From positions 124,530-188,529 of the forward strand of contig CAWHBG010000003.1 of the NCBI GenBank assembly GCA_963827565.1: DNA of 64,000 bases, given 5' to 3'. Positions 31,491-42,205 of this stretch are shown here, one piece after another. Position 1 is the first letter of the stretch, and each line of letters begins with the position of its first letter. This DNA comes from Candidatus Aminicenantes bacterium (lineage in GTDB: Bacteria; Acidobacteriota; Aminicenantia; UBA2199). Both the position numbers and the translations under genes were made by a program. Below the pieces are notes generated by a model that was not told where the DNA came from, made no database searches, and saw only the letters and a list, made by a program, of their open reading frames with translations.

Positions 31491-34400
31491 TCATTTAAAA
31501 TATTTAACACCGGATTCAAATATTTTCTGTTCCTTATTTCCTGGAATATTTTTGAATGTCCCGTCCGTTACTCTTTCAGAATGGGCCATTTTCCCAAGGA
31601 TTCTTCCATCCGGACTTGTTATCCCCTCAATTGCATGATCCGATCCATTTGGATTGTATTTTATATCATAGGTGGGATTCCCTTCGGGATCGATGTATTG
31701 TGTTGCTATTTGCCCACTCCTTTCCAGATCTCTGATGATATCTTCACCCGCTGAAAAACGCCCTTCTCCGTGTGAAACCGGGATAACATGAGTATCTCCG
31801 GGATCTGACAAGAGGAACCAGGGAGACAATACCGACGTGATCCTTGTGCTAACCATTGTAGAAACATGACGCCCCAGAGAGTTGAATGTGAGTGTCGGTG
31901 AGTCTTCTTTCAGGTCTTTTATCTCTCCGTCAGGCAATAATCCCAGTTTTATGAGAGCCTGAAATCCATTGCATATCCCCAGCATCAGTCCGGATCTCTT
32001 CCGGATAAGTCCGGTTACAGCTTCACTGATGTGAGGATTCCTGAAGACCGCGGCAATAAATTTCCCTGAGCCATCGGGTTCATCTCCTGCAGAAAATCCG
32101 CCCGGAATAGCAATGATCTGGGAATTATTGATCGCATCCGTAAGTTTTAATATGGAATCCTTGATTTTTCCGGTGTTCAGATTATTAAAAACTATTATCT
32201 CAGATAAAGCGCCGGCCCTGTTAAAAGCTGCTGCTGTATCATACTCGCAGTTTGTCCCGGGAAATACCGGGATAACCACTCTGGGCTTCCCGAACTTTGA
32301 CCCGGTCTTAACGGTCCCCCGTTCTTTATACAATTCTGTTTTCGGATTTTCCTTATCCATAGTATCCTTTGTCGGAAATACCTTCTCCAACACGGAATCA
32401 GAAACTTCTATCAATTCATCAATTCCGAATTTTTCTTCACCCGCCTCAATTGTTCCGCTATTTGTTATCTCCCCAAGCAGAGAAATATCCTGAATATCAG
32501 TTTTAAATTCCTGATTTGCTTCAAATATTAGTGAACCGTAATCCGGGGAGAATATATTTTGAAGTATTTTGTCATTTTCAAATCTGAATCCTTTCCGGTT
32601 GCCGGAACACATCTTTTTCAGAGCAAAAGCGATTCCGCCTTCACCAACACTTGCTGCAGAAATAATCCTGTCATTTTTTATCTGTTCATTAATTGATCTG
32701 TATCCTCTGGTCAAAGATACATGATCAGGCATTTCATACTCATCTCTTCTGCATCTGAACAGGTATACATGATTTCCATCTATTTTAAATTCCGGAGAAA
32801 TCACATTCTCCACCTCTGCCGTTTCAACAGCAAAAGTGATAAGGGTCGGAGGAACATTCCTCTCCATGAAAGAGCCTGACATACTATCTTTTCCTCCGAT
32901 TGCTGCAATTCCGAAATGCCGGTGGGCTGTATATGCCCCTAAAAGTGCCGAGAAAGGTTTCCCCCATTTTACCGGATCTTTTCCAAGTTTTTCAAAATAT
33001 TCCTGAAGTGAAGTTCTAATTCTTGAGGGATCCCCACCTGTTGCAACAATTTTCGATACAGCCTCGACTACCGAATAGTAAGCTCCGTAATAGGGGCTCC
33101 ACAAGGATATGCGGGGATTAAACCCAAAACTCATCAGAGTTGCTGTTGAAGTATCCCCTTTGAGTACGGGGATTTTCGCTGCCATAGCTTCAACATCGGT
33201 TGATTCAGTTGCTCCTCCCAGAGGCATAAGTACCGTCCCTGCACCGATCGAACTATCAAATCTTTCAGTCAGCCCTCTCTGAGATCCAAAGTTTATACCG
33301 GTAAAGAGCTCTCTCCAGACTTTTCCCACAGATCCTTCTTCCGGTATTTTATAATAACTCTTAAAATAATTTTCTTCCTTAACCGGGGCTTTAACTTCAA
33401 CACCTGCAGACTGCCTTACCCCGTTTGAATCTAGGAAATCTCTACTGATATTAACTATAAGATCTCCTCTCCAAAACATTCTCAACCTGTTTTGATCTGT
33501 CACATCAGCGATTTTCACAGCAATAAGATTTTCCTCTTCTGCCAATTTCAGGACTTTTTTCAGATTTTCAGGAGAGATAACCACAGCCATCCTCTCCTGA
33601 GATTCAGAAAGGGCAATCTCTGTCCCGTCAAGCCCTTCATATTTTTTTGGCACTTTGTCGAGATCAATATTCAATCCGGGAGCAAGCTCCCCTATAGCAA
33701 CAGACACTCCGCCTGCCCCAAAATCGTTCGATTTTTTTACCAGCCTGGTAAATTCGGGATTTCTGAACAGCCGCTGCAATTTTCTCTCTTCCGGCGGATT
33801 TCCTTTCTGTACTTCGGCACCGGCAGTTATAATCGATTTTTCATCATGTCCCTTCGATGACCCTGTTGCTCCGCCGATCCCATCCCTGCCTGTCTTACCA
33901 CCTATAAGAAGGATAAGGTCCCCTTTTAAAGGCTCTTCCCTCAGAATATTTTTTTTCGGTACAGCCCCGATAACTGCGCCAACTTCCATCCTTTTTGCCA
34001 GATAACCTTCATGATATATTTCATGAACCTTCCCTGTAGCAAGTCCTATCTGGTTTCCATAAGAGCTGTATCCCCTGGCCGCTTCCGTAGTGATCTTTCG
34101 CTGGGGAAGTTTGCCCGGGATAGTATCAGAAACACTTCTTCTGGGATCCCCTGAGCCGGTAACCCTCATAGCCTGGTATACATACGACCTCCCTGAAAGG
34201 GGATCCCGAATTGCGCCGCCCAGACATGTTGCCGCGCCGCCGAATGGTTCTATTTCGGTCGGATGGTTATGGGTCTCATTCTTGAACATAATAAGCCATT
34301 TCTCTTTTTTACCATCGACCATTATGTCCCTTTCAATACTGCATGCATTAATTTCACCGGAAACTTCCATATCTTCCAGAAGTCCTTCTGCCCTCAATTC

Positions 34401-35247
34401 TTTCATACTGAGGGTAGCGACAGACATTAAAGTAAGGTCTTTCTCCTTATCTTTATAAATATGGGAAAAAGAATCTAACATATTTTTATAGCTTTTTTTC
34501 AAAGGTTCATTAAAATAGCCGGGGGATATTTTCACTTTATCTATTTTTGTTTCGAATGTTGTATGGCGGCAATGGTCTGACCAGTAAGTGTCAAGGATCT
34601 TCAATTCCGTTATGGTCGGGTCTCTCTTTTCCTCTGTCTTAAAATAATCTCTGGTAAAAATCAGGTCTTCAGGAGACATTGCCAGTCCCTTATCCTCTAT
34701 AAGAGATTTAAGTTCATTATTGCCGAGCTCCCGGAAACCTTCAAGTATTTTTACATTATCCGGCTTTTTTGAACTCCTGTTGAGAGAATCCGGTTTCTCA
34801 AGGGAAGCATCCCGGGAATCGACCGGATTGATCAGATACTTTTTAATTTTCTCTCTCGCTAACCGTCAGATCGCCATTGAACATATATATCCTGGCGGAT
34901 AACACCTCGGGCCTTTCCTTTAAGGTAATAATCTGGATTGCCTGGGATGCCGAATCTGCCCTCTGATCATATTGACCTGGAAGATATTCTACGCCGAGAA
35001 CCCACTCATTTTCACCGGCATCAATATTCTCAAAATAAACAAGATCAACCGGGGGTTCGGAAAATACCCGACTAACCGCATTTGGAAAATCTTCAGTGGT
35101 CAGTCCCGACACATCATATCTTGAAAATATCCTGAGTCCGTTCAGGCTGCTGATCTCCAGGTTTTCCTTTATATCCTTAAGAAGATTTACCGATTCTGTA
35201 TCAAATCCCTCTTTTTTCTCTACAAATATTCTGTTCACTTCAGGCAT
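31491..35247 (-). CDS. purL: Large fused phosphoribosylformylglycinamidine synthase (~1250 aa), one frameshift near 34850
   Basis: N-terminal ORF (EYLPGQYDQRADSA) continues after a shift as IKKYLINPVDSR... into WSDHCRHTTF, KNETHNHPTEIEPFGGAATC, GTNCEYD, LGICNGFQ, SHGEG, GKMAHSER. Confidence 0.92.
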
Positions 35248-35278
35248 GAATTCCCTCTATAATGATTATATCATAGAC

Positions 35279-36223
35279 CTATGACTTTAACATTGGGGAC
35301 GGTGCTTTCGTTTTTGAGTTTTCATGTTTCTTTAATCGCTCTTTAGAATCTTTGTAGATTCTTCCAAGAGAATTAAACTTTACATCACTAAAAGCATCTA
35401 ATTTTGATATCTCTTTATATGTAATACCTGATCGATCCTTTAAATTGACAAGTAATTCTCCTCTCAACCTTTTGCCTTTGAAAGTTGTTATATCAAGATG
35501 CTCAATCTTAGTTTTGTATTTTCTTTCAAGTTCAAAATATACTTTTTCAACCGATTCAAAATAGAGATCATTTATTCTTTTCCGTTCAAGTCCAACTTCC
35601 TTTTTTCTTCTATCAAATTTATCCTTTGCTTTTTCTATAAATGATTTATCGCCAAGGACTGACCCCATTTTTGTTATAAGTATCTTCATAGATATCCCCT
35701 TTTTCTTATTAACAAATTTTGAAAACGAGTCATACCTATCAAACGAATCCTTTACATAAGAATTATCAATTATCTGTGATTCTTCTGACATAAAATACTG
35801 ATCAGCACTTGACCATTTGTATAAAGAAAAATCCGGGACAATTCCAGCATCAACAGGATTATTTAAGACATAAGAAATTGCATCCAAAAGGTACGAATCT
35901 TCTTGAATTAAGGTTGACTTGAATCTATCCTGGAAAACATAGCCCCTCCCCCCATATTTCTTCCTGAAAATGCTACCGAATTCTCCATTTATTCTTTTAA
36001 AGAAATCAGAGATTCTTCCTGAGTCATTCTGAACTATCAAATGAAAATGGGTATCCATAATACAAAAAGCATGAATTGATATTTTACATATTTCTTTATT
36101 CTTTTTTATTAATTCAAGGAATAATTCCTTATCTTGATTGTTTTTGAAAATCTCCATTCCGTCATGTCCTCTGTTCATTGCATGATGAAATGCTCCTGGA
36201 TATGTAATCCTTGCTCGTCTCAT
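35279..36223 (-). CDS. HUH/Y1 tyrosine transposase (RAYT-like)
   Basis: RRARITYPGAFHHAMNRG, HUH motif THFHLIV, FQDRFKSTLI, catalytic SYVLNNPV. Confidence 0.9.
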   Translation of the reverse strand: MRRARITYPGAFHHAMNRGHDGMEIFKNNQDKELFLELIKKNKEICKISIHAFCIMDTHFHLIVQNDSGRISDFFKRINGEFGSIFRKKYGGRGYVFQDRFKSTLIQEDSYLLDAISYVLNNPVDAGIVPDFSLYKWSSADQYFMSEESQIIDNSYVKDSFDRYDSFSKFVNKKKGISMKILITKMGSVLGDKSFIEKAKDKFDRRKKEVGLERKRINDLYFESVEKVYFELERKYKTKIEHLDITTFKGKRLRGELLVNLKDRSGITYKEISKLDAFSDVKFNSLGRIYKDSKERLKKHENSKTKAPSPMLKS

Positions 36224-36271
36224 AGAGAAATACTATCAAAATTTATTCAAAAACGAAAGCACCGTCCCCAA
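35293..36271. mobile_element. Unit bounded by perfect 25-bp inverted repeats around the Y1 transposase
   Basis: TTGGGGACGGTGCTTTCGTTTTTGA at 35293-35317 and its exact reverse complement at 36247-36271. Confidence 0.8.
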
Positions 36272-36277
36272 AAATTG

Positions 36278-37141
36278 TTAACTACCGTCCCATCCGGCCA
36301 GTCTGGCCATTAGCCACCAGAATGCTTTAGCCTTGTTTTCACAGCTTTTATAAGTAGTGTGCCCGGCCTGATCGCCATTATACTCAGGGTGTTCTATCGG
36401 GATCCCGTTTTCCAGATTCTGTTGGCCATTATACCAGCAGTCAAGATCAGCAAAATCAAACAACACCTTATTATTTTCACGGCAATACTTCCTGATCTGT
36501 TCATTCCGATTATATCTGTTCCTGTCTGAAGATTGAGCATTTCCCGTCATATAGACAAAAACAACATCAGGGAATTCTTCCTCAAATTCTGAGATCTTCA
36601 GCAGATAGTTCTCCACCTCTGAAGATGAATAATAATCCAATTGTGAGCACCAGGCGAACATACTTATATTAACATTATGATTGCGCAGCATATTCCTGGT
36701 CAGTTCAAGCCCGGAGGAGGACTCCCAATAAAGGTCCGGGGAGACATAAGTTTCACAATAATCAGATAAATATTGACCATCCATCAGAGACAGGTGATCA
36801 GGCGTATCCGGCATTGTGCAGTTATCGGGATAATAATTATATTTTTGATTTTTCACTTCTTCACCTGAGAAACTCCCGCTCATCAGCCTTTCAAGCCCGG
36901 TCATGATCTGACTCCCGTGGGAAGTATGGCAATAATGGACATTAATAAGCTCTTTGACTTTCCCAATCCATTCATCAGGTATGGAGTTTAGATCAGTTGA
37001 AGTATGATCGGCAATTATTGAACTTCCATCCCCGGGCAGTCCACTGCTGTTGTTGTCAGTTTCCGGGTCATTTTCGGAGCTACAATTAATTATTGGTATT
37101 AACAAAAATAAAATGAGAACAAAACAACAAAGATTTTTCAT
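36278..37141 (-). CDS. Conserved-looking hypothetical lipoprotein
   Basis: Hydrophobic signal ending in IINC; IADHT...HYCHTSHGSQI...MFAWC...LFDFADL. Confidence 0.6.
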   Translation of the reverse strand: MKNLCCFVLILFLLIPIINCSSENDPETDNNSSGLPGDGSSIIADHTSTDLNSIPDEWIGKVKELINVHYCHTSHGSQIMTGLERLMSGSFSGEEVKNQKYNYYPDNCTMPDTPDHLSLMDGQYLSDYCETYVSPDLYWESSSGLELTRNMLRNHNVNISMFAWCSQLDYYSSSEVENYLLKISEFEEEFPDVVFVYMTGNAQSSDRNRYNRNEQIRKYCRENNKVLFDFADLDCWYNGQQNLENGIPIEHPEYNGDQAGHTTYKSCENKAKAFWWLMARLAGWDGS

Positions 37142-37191
37142 TAGATCTCCTACACAATATATAAGTTTATGAAGAAAATCTCTCAAATATT

Positions 37192-38490
37192 TTAAATTTC
37201 ACCCTCAAATCGTTTAAAAATATCTTCTATACCGGAAAGCAAAGCTTTTTCAGAAAACGCCGCATCCAATTCTTCTCCGGTGCAGAGCTCAGCTATCTTT
37301 TCATCACTTTTTATAAGTTCTCTGAAGCTGACTTTCTCTGTCCATGACCTCATCGCATTCTCCTGAACCATTTCATAAACCTTCTGTCTCGGCACACCCT
37401 TATCCAGAAGAAGAGTGAGTACCTTCTGGGAGAAATAAACCTCATTGGTAATTTCAAGATTCCTTTTCACATTCTCAGGATATACAACAAGGCCGCCCAG
37501 GACAAAATCTATATCATCCACCATCAGGTCAGCAAGATGGAAAGAATCGGGAAAAATTACCCTTTCAGCTGAAGAGTGGGAGATATCCCTCTCGTGCCAA
37601 AGGACATTGTTCTCCATTGCAACATTAAGGTTTCCCCTCAGCAACCTTGCAAACCCTGATATCCTTTCACATTTAACAGGATTTCTCTTATGAGGCATGG
37701 AAGATGACCCCTTCTGTCCTTTAGTGAATGGCTCTTCAGCTTCAAGTACATCTGTCCTCTGGAGATGCCTGATCTCCACTGCAATTTTTTCAAACGCGCT
37801 GCCGAGGGCTGCCAGGGCAAACATAACTTCCATGTGCCTGTCCCTCTGAATGATCTGAGTAGACACTTTACACTGTTTTAATCCGAGACTTTTAAGAGCG
37901 GTGATCTCTCCTTCAGGGGGGAAATGGATATAAGTTCCGACAGATCCGGATATCTTTCCAACAGAAATTATTTCGAGAGCTTTTTTCAGCCTCTCAATAT
38001 TTCTGTTCAATTCTTCATACCAGATCAGGAACTTTATCCCGAAAACAACAGGCTCAGCATGAATTCCGTGAGTTCTTCCGATAGATACAAGATCCTTATA
38101 TTTAAAAGCTCCTTTGATAATGGTTTTTTTCAGGGACTCACACTTTTTTATAATATTCTCAAGAGACTCTCTTAAAAGGAGAGAAAGGGCAGTGTCCACT
38201 ACATCATAGGATGTGATGCCTTTATGGATATAAGCAGAATCAGTTCCTATTGATTCTTCTACAGAAGTAAGAAATGCAATGACATCATGTTTTACTTTTT
38301 TCTCTATATCATCGATCCTGTTTATATCAAAATCAGCATTCTCTCTGATATTTTTCATGCTGTCATCAGGAACCTCTCCCCATGAATGCCAGACCTCAGT
38401 GATAGCTATCTCTACATCAAGCCATTTCCTGAATTTATTTTCAGGACTCCATATTTTTTTTATTACATCAGATTCATATCTTCCAATCAT
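37192..38490 (-). CDS. purB: Adenylosuccinate lyase
   Basis: KHDVIAF, GRTHGIHAEP, GSSSMPHKRNP, WHERDISHSS. Confidence 0.97.
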   Translation of the reverse strand: MIGRYESDVIKKIWSPENKFRKWLDVEIAITEVWHSWGEVPDDSMKNIRENADFDINRIDDIEKKVKHDVIAFLTSVEESIGTDSAYIHKGITSYDVVDTALSLLLRESLENIIKKCESLKKTIIKGAFKYKDLVSIGRTHGIHAEPVVFGIKFLIWYEELNRNIERLKKALEIISVGKISGSVGTYIHFPPEGEITALKSLGLKQCKVSTQIIQRDRHMEVMFALAALGSAFEKIAVEIRHLQRTDVLEAEEPFTKGQKGSSSMPHKRNPVKCERISGFARLLRGNLNVAMENNVLWHERDISHSSAERVIFPDSFHLADLMVDDIDFVLGGLVVYPENVKRNLEITNEVYFSQKVLTLLLDKGVPRQKVYEMVQENAMRSWTEKVSFRELIKSDEKIAELCTGEELDAAFSEKALLSGIEDIFKRFEGEI

Positions 38491-38513
38491 ACTGCCCCCG
38501 GTTAGTAAAAATT

Positions 38514-39674
38514 TTATTTATCTTTTGTCTTTGATAGAGCTTCCTCTACAAGTTCATCATATCTTTTTTCAGAATAATTCTTTCTGCAGAATTCCACCGC
38601 ATTTTTTGATATTTGTTTCCCTTTTTCTGAGGCCGCTTCCATTATTCCCTTTGCAAAATCTTCTGCTTCCGGTTTTTTTAATATTGCTATATCATCAGTT
38701 ATGCTCTGAGAATGGGAATAGATATCAGTAACAACAAGGGGAATACCACTCTTCAGATAAGAATATATCTTTAATGGAATATTCGTCCCAAGGATCCTGG
38801 GTGAAACGAGTACATCTGAAATATTAAGATAATACGGGATCTCCTGAGGATCCTTACTTCCCAATAGTATAATTTTACCGTCCAGACCTTTTTCAGATAT
38901 TTCATATCTGATGCTGTCAACCTGTCCGGGCTTCCCTCCGATCAAAACAAGCTTAAAACTATCATCAAGTAACTCCATACACTCTATCAGAAGAGGTATC
39001 CCCTGATATGCCTCAAGTGTCCCTGCATATGTGATAATTTTTTTCCCTTCCGGGTTCAGCTCTTTTTTATATTTCCCGAGTTTTTCACTGTCCAGCACAT
39101 CAGGAGTATCATCAATAAAATTTTCAATTATTGTCAATTTCTTTTCATCGGTGATATTTGAAGCATACTCATAAAGCGCTCGGCATATCACTATTACCGA
39201 TTTTGCATTGTTCAGGGAAATTTTTTCTGTCTTCCTGAATATTGAAGTAATAAATTTTGATTTAGTGAACTGAAAATTCTCCATCTGCTGGACAAGTGAA
39301 GAATGCATATCGTACAAATGGGGAGTGCCTGAAATTTTACTGAAGAAGGCTCCCATTATATTTGCCTCTTCATGTGTGTGTATCAGGTCATATTTCTTCC
39401 TTAAAAGTCTTCCTGCAGCTTTAAAAAAAAGGGAAAGATCAAGAAAGATCTTTGCACCGGATGGGCCTGTTTTAACTGATCTGACAAAAGGAGGCCTCAG
39501 ACACCTGAAGATCTTCAGCCCGTCTATTTCCTTGTCTTCACCTATAGGGTAGGTCACAAGATCTATCTTATGCCCCATTCGGGAAAGCGATTTTATTCTA
39601 AAATATTCAGAAAAAGGTGTGCCTCTCGGTTCAAAAAAGGGTTCAGGCGCTATCATTAATATTTTCATCATCAA
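38514..39674 (-). CDS. Glycosyltransferase family 4
   Basis: APEPFFEPRGTP, IHTHEE, YAGTLEAYQG, PLKIYSYLKSGIPLV. Confidence 0.9.
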   Translation of the reverse strand: MMMKILMIAPEPFFEPRGTPFSEYFRIKSLSRMGHKIDLVTYPIGEDKEIDGLKIFRCLRPPFVRSVKTGPSGAKIFLDLSLFFKAAGRLLRKKYDLIHTHEEANIMGAFFSKISGTPHLYDMHSSLVQQMENFQFTKSKFITSIFRKTEKISLNNAKSVIVICRALYEYASNITDEKKLTIIENFIDDTPDVLDSEKLGKYKKELNPEGKKIITYAGTLEAYQGIPLLIECMELLDDSFKLVLIGGKPGQVDSIRYEISEKGLDGKIILLGSKDPQEIPYYLNISDVLVSPRILGTNIPLKIYSYLKSGIPLVVTDIYSHSQSITDDIAILKKPEAEDFAKGIMEAASEKGKQISKNAVEFCRKNYSEKRYDELVEEALSKTKDK

Positions 39675-40617
39675 ATCCGTAAGTATCCCTTATCGTATAA
39701 ACATTCTTGTTCAGCCCCTCATGGTAGACCCTCGTCAGCATCTCAGCGATCAGCCCGAGTGTTATCATCTGAAACCCGAGGAACAATACCAGCACTGTAA
39801 ATGTCAATAAAGGCCTGTCTGCAGATTTTCCAAGAAAATATTTTTCATAGGTAATATATAATCCGGTCAGGAACCCGGCGCTCATCATGAACATACCAAG
39901 GCTGCCGAATATCTGAAGCGGCCGGTATGAGAAAGAGAGTAGATATTTTATCGATATCAGATCCAGAATAACTCTGAATGTTCGCCCCAGACCGTACTTC
40001 GATTTCCCGAACCTTCTTTCTCTGTGATTTACCGGTATCTCCACCGACCTTATACCGATCCTTGAGGCAATCGCAGGGATATAGCGGTGCATTTCCCCGT
40101 ACAGTTTAAGGTTTTTCACGACATCTCTCTTAAATCCTCTGAGGGTACATCCGTAATCATGAAGTTTTACTTTGGTAATAAAAGAAACAAGTTTATTTCC
40201 GAAGAACGAGGGGATCTTCTTTGTAAGGCTGTCCCTCCTTTTTTTTCTCCATCCATTAACAATATCATTACCTTCTTCAAGCTTTTCCAATACAACAGGA
40301 ATATCTGCCGGGTCATTCTGAAGATCTGCATCAAGAGTGACAACATAATCACCCGAGGAAAGATCAAATCCTGCAGACATTGCAGCACTTTGCCCGAAAT
40401 TCTTTCTGAAATTTATGAGCCTGACAGATTTATCCTTTTCCCTCAGCATCATCAGCTCTTGAAATGATCTGTCAGTGCTTCCGTCGTTTATAAATATGAT
40501 CTCATAATTTTTTACAAAACCGTGCAGTGCATTTTTTATCTCATTATAAAGTATCGGGATATTCTCTTCCTCATTATATACAGGAATTATAATTGAGAGT
40601 GACTTATTAGTCTTCAT
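39643..40617 (-). CDS. Glycosyltransferase family 2 (ArnC/DPM-like)
   Basis: IIIPVYNEEEN, INDGSTD, DADLQNDPAD, C-terminal TM segments. Confidence 0.92.
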   Translation of the reverse strand: MKTNKSLSIIIPVYNEEENIPILYNEIKNALHGFVKNYEIIFINDGSTDRSFQELMMLREKDKSVRLINFRKNFGQSAAMSAGFDLSSGDYVVTLDADLQNDPADIPVVLEKLEEGNDIVNGWRKKRRDSLTKKIPSFFGNKLVSFITKVKLHDYGCTLRGFKRDVVKNLKLYGEMHRYIPAIASRIGIRSVEIPVNHRERRFGKSKYGLGRTFRVILDLISIKYLLSFSYRPLQIFGSLGMFMMSAGFLTGLYITYEKYFLGKSADRPLLTFTVLVLFLGFQMITLGLIAEMLTRVYHEGLNKNVYTIRDTYGFDDENINDSA

Positions 40618-40903
40618 TAATGTATTCCAATTCCCTCAATTTTTTCATGACCACACTTTTTTCTACTCCGGGTTTTAACTCAACATCAGCAAGGGGATGA
40701 AGTATCTTTCCCATTCTGATAGTTCCCCATATCCTTTCATGCAAAAAGTATGCAACAATTTTAAGTACCATATCAAGTCCTCCGATTTCCAGAGCAACAG
40801 TAACTTCACCTGTAAATAAATAAGCAATACTTACGGTGATAGTTGTGGCAATAAACCTCCAGCTTAAAGCTTTTGCGATACTTCTTGTATTTGTCTCTTT
40901 CAT
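40607..40903 (-). CDS. DUF2061 small membrane protein
   Basis: ETNTRSIAKALSWR...YFLHERIW. Confidence 0.8.
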   Translation of the reverse strand: MKETNTRSIAKALSWRFIATTITVSIAYLFTGEVTVALEIGGLDMVLKIVAYFLHERIWGTIRMGKILHPLADVELKPGVEKSVVMKKLRELEYINED

Positions 40904-41041
40904 ATGATTTTCTCTGAATTTTGTAAATGATTATACATTTTTTGCAATATTATTTCAATAAAATGCAATTCCATTAAATACATAATCTCAGGTTGTTTTT
41001 TTTTCTATTTAATAATAATATATGTTAACACAGGAGATAGA

Positions 41042-41596
41042 ATGAGAGATGTGGATGAACTTATTTTAAAACTGAAGATCGAGCTTGGGAAAGCAGCCCC
41101 AAATATAAAATTCAAGACCGCGATAGATGCGGTCGCAGACTTTTATATGTCAAATTTCATGATATCCAAAAATGAGGTTGCATTACTGTTCACCAATAAG
41201 CAAAAAACGGTTCTTTCTTTTGCCCACCCGCCTTATCTTATTAACGCAGGAATGATACCGGTAAATCTAAGCGAGGCAATCGCTTCGAGGATCTATAGAA
41301 GCGGAAAAGGATTTATTGATAATAACCTGCAGCAGCAGCGCCACCTTTTTATTTTTGAGAGCATAAAAACTCCTGAAAATAAAATTATGCCGATCTGGAA
41401 AATGATAGCTTCAAGGATCTCACATGCAGATGATCACCTTGGAATAATTGAAATTTCAAAAAGATCAATAAGTTACAGTGAGGCCGGAGAAGATTTTTCC
41501 GTTTCCGATCTCCAATTTCTCGAAGATTCAATCAAAAAGGTTGCCCCTATTCTAAGAGAGGTTCTCCCCGAAGATTTCAGAGGATCTTTTAAATGA
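41042..41596 (+). CDS. GAF-like domain protein
   Basis: Beta/alpha pattern ending LGIIEISKR...FSVSDLQFL. Confidence 0.5.
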   Translation: MRDVDELILKLKIELGKAAPNIKFKTAIDAVADFYMSNFMISKNEVALLFTNKQKTVLSFAHPPYLINAGMIPVNLSEAIASRIYRSGKGFIDNNLQQQRHLFIFESIKTPENKIMPIWKMIASRISHADDHLGIIEISKRSISYSEAGEDFSVSDLQFLEDSIKKVAPILREVLPEDFRGSFK

Positions 41597-42126
41597 AGAA
41601 AAGGCTGAAGGAGATTCTACTTGAACTTTCAGTTATAACTGATAGAGAATTCACACTCGCTTCAGGGAAAAAAAGTAATTTTTACGTTGATGCAAGGATA
41701 ACTACTTTGCATCCTGAAGGAGCCTATCTTATCGGCAAAATATTCCTTGAAATGCTTAAGGGGATAGCTGTAGATTCCATCGGGGGTTATTCCATCGGAG
41801 CAGACCCGATTGTCTCTTCAATATCAGTACGAAGTTTTATTGAAAAGAAGCCGATCCCGGCATTTATAATCAGAAAGCAGGAGAAAACCCACGGAACCGG
41901 AAAAATTATTGAAGGAAATTTCAAAAAAGGGGACAAGGTAGTGATTTTTGATGATGTTGTAACTTCGGGAGGTTCTATCCTGAAGGGAGCTGCTGAAGTG
42001 GAAAAAGCCGGTGGGACAATACTGGGGGTTATGGCAGTAATTGACCGTGAAGATGGCGGCAGAGAAACAATTGAAACCGCAGGATATCCATTCAGTTCAA
42101 TATTCACCAAGAGCGACCTGCTCTGA
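41593..42126 (+). CDS. pyrE: Orotate phosphoribosyltransferase
   Basis: FTLASGKKSNFYVDAR, IIRKQEKTHGT, VIFDDVVTSGGS. Confidence 0.95.
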   Translation: MKKRLKEILLELSVITDREFTLASGKKSNFYVDARITTLHPEGAYLIGKIFLEMLKGIAVDSIGGYSIGADPIVSSISVRSFIEKKPIPAFIIRKQEKTHGTGKIIEGNFKKGDKVVIFDDVVTSGGSILKGAAEVEKAGGTILGVMAVIDREDGGRETIETAGYPFSSIFTKSDLL

Positions 42127-42142
42127 GAATTAATAAATCTAA

Positions 42143-42174
42143 AAAAAAGCGGCATCAAACGATGCCGCTTTTTT
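42143..42174. terminator. Bidirectional terminator between pyrE and the cytochrome operon
   Basis: AAAAAAGCGGCATC-aaac-GATGCCGCTTTTTT, a perfect 14-bp stem between convergent genes. Confidence 0.88.
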
Positions 42175-42205
42175 ATATTATAAATAACTATTTACATTAA
42201 CTCCA

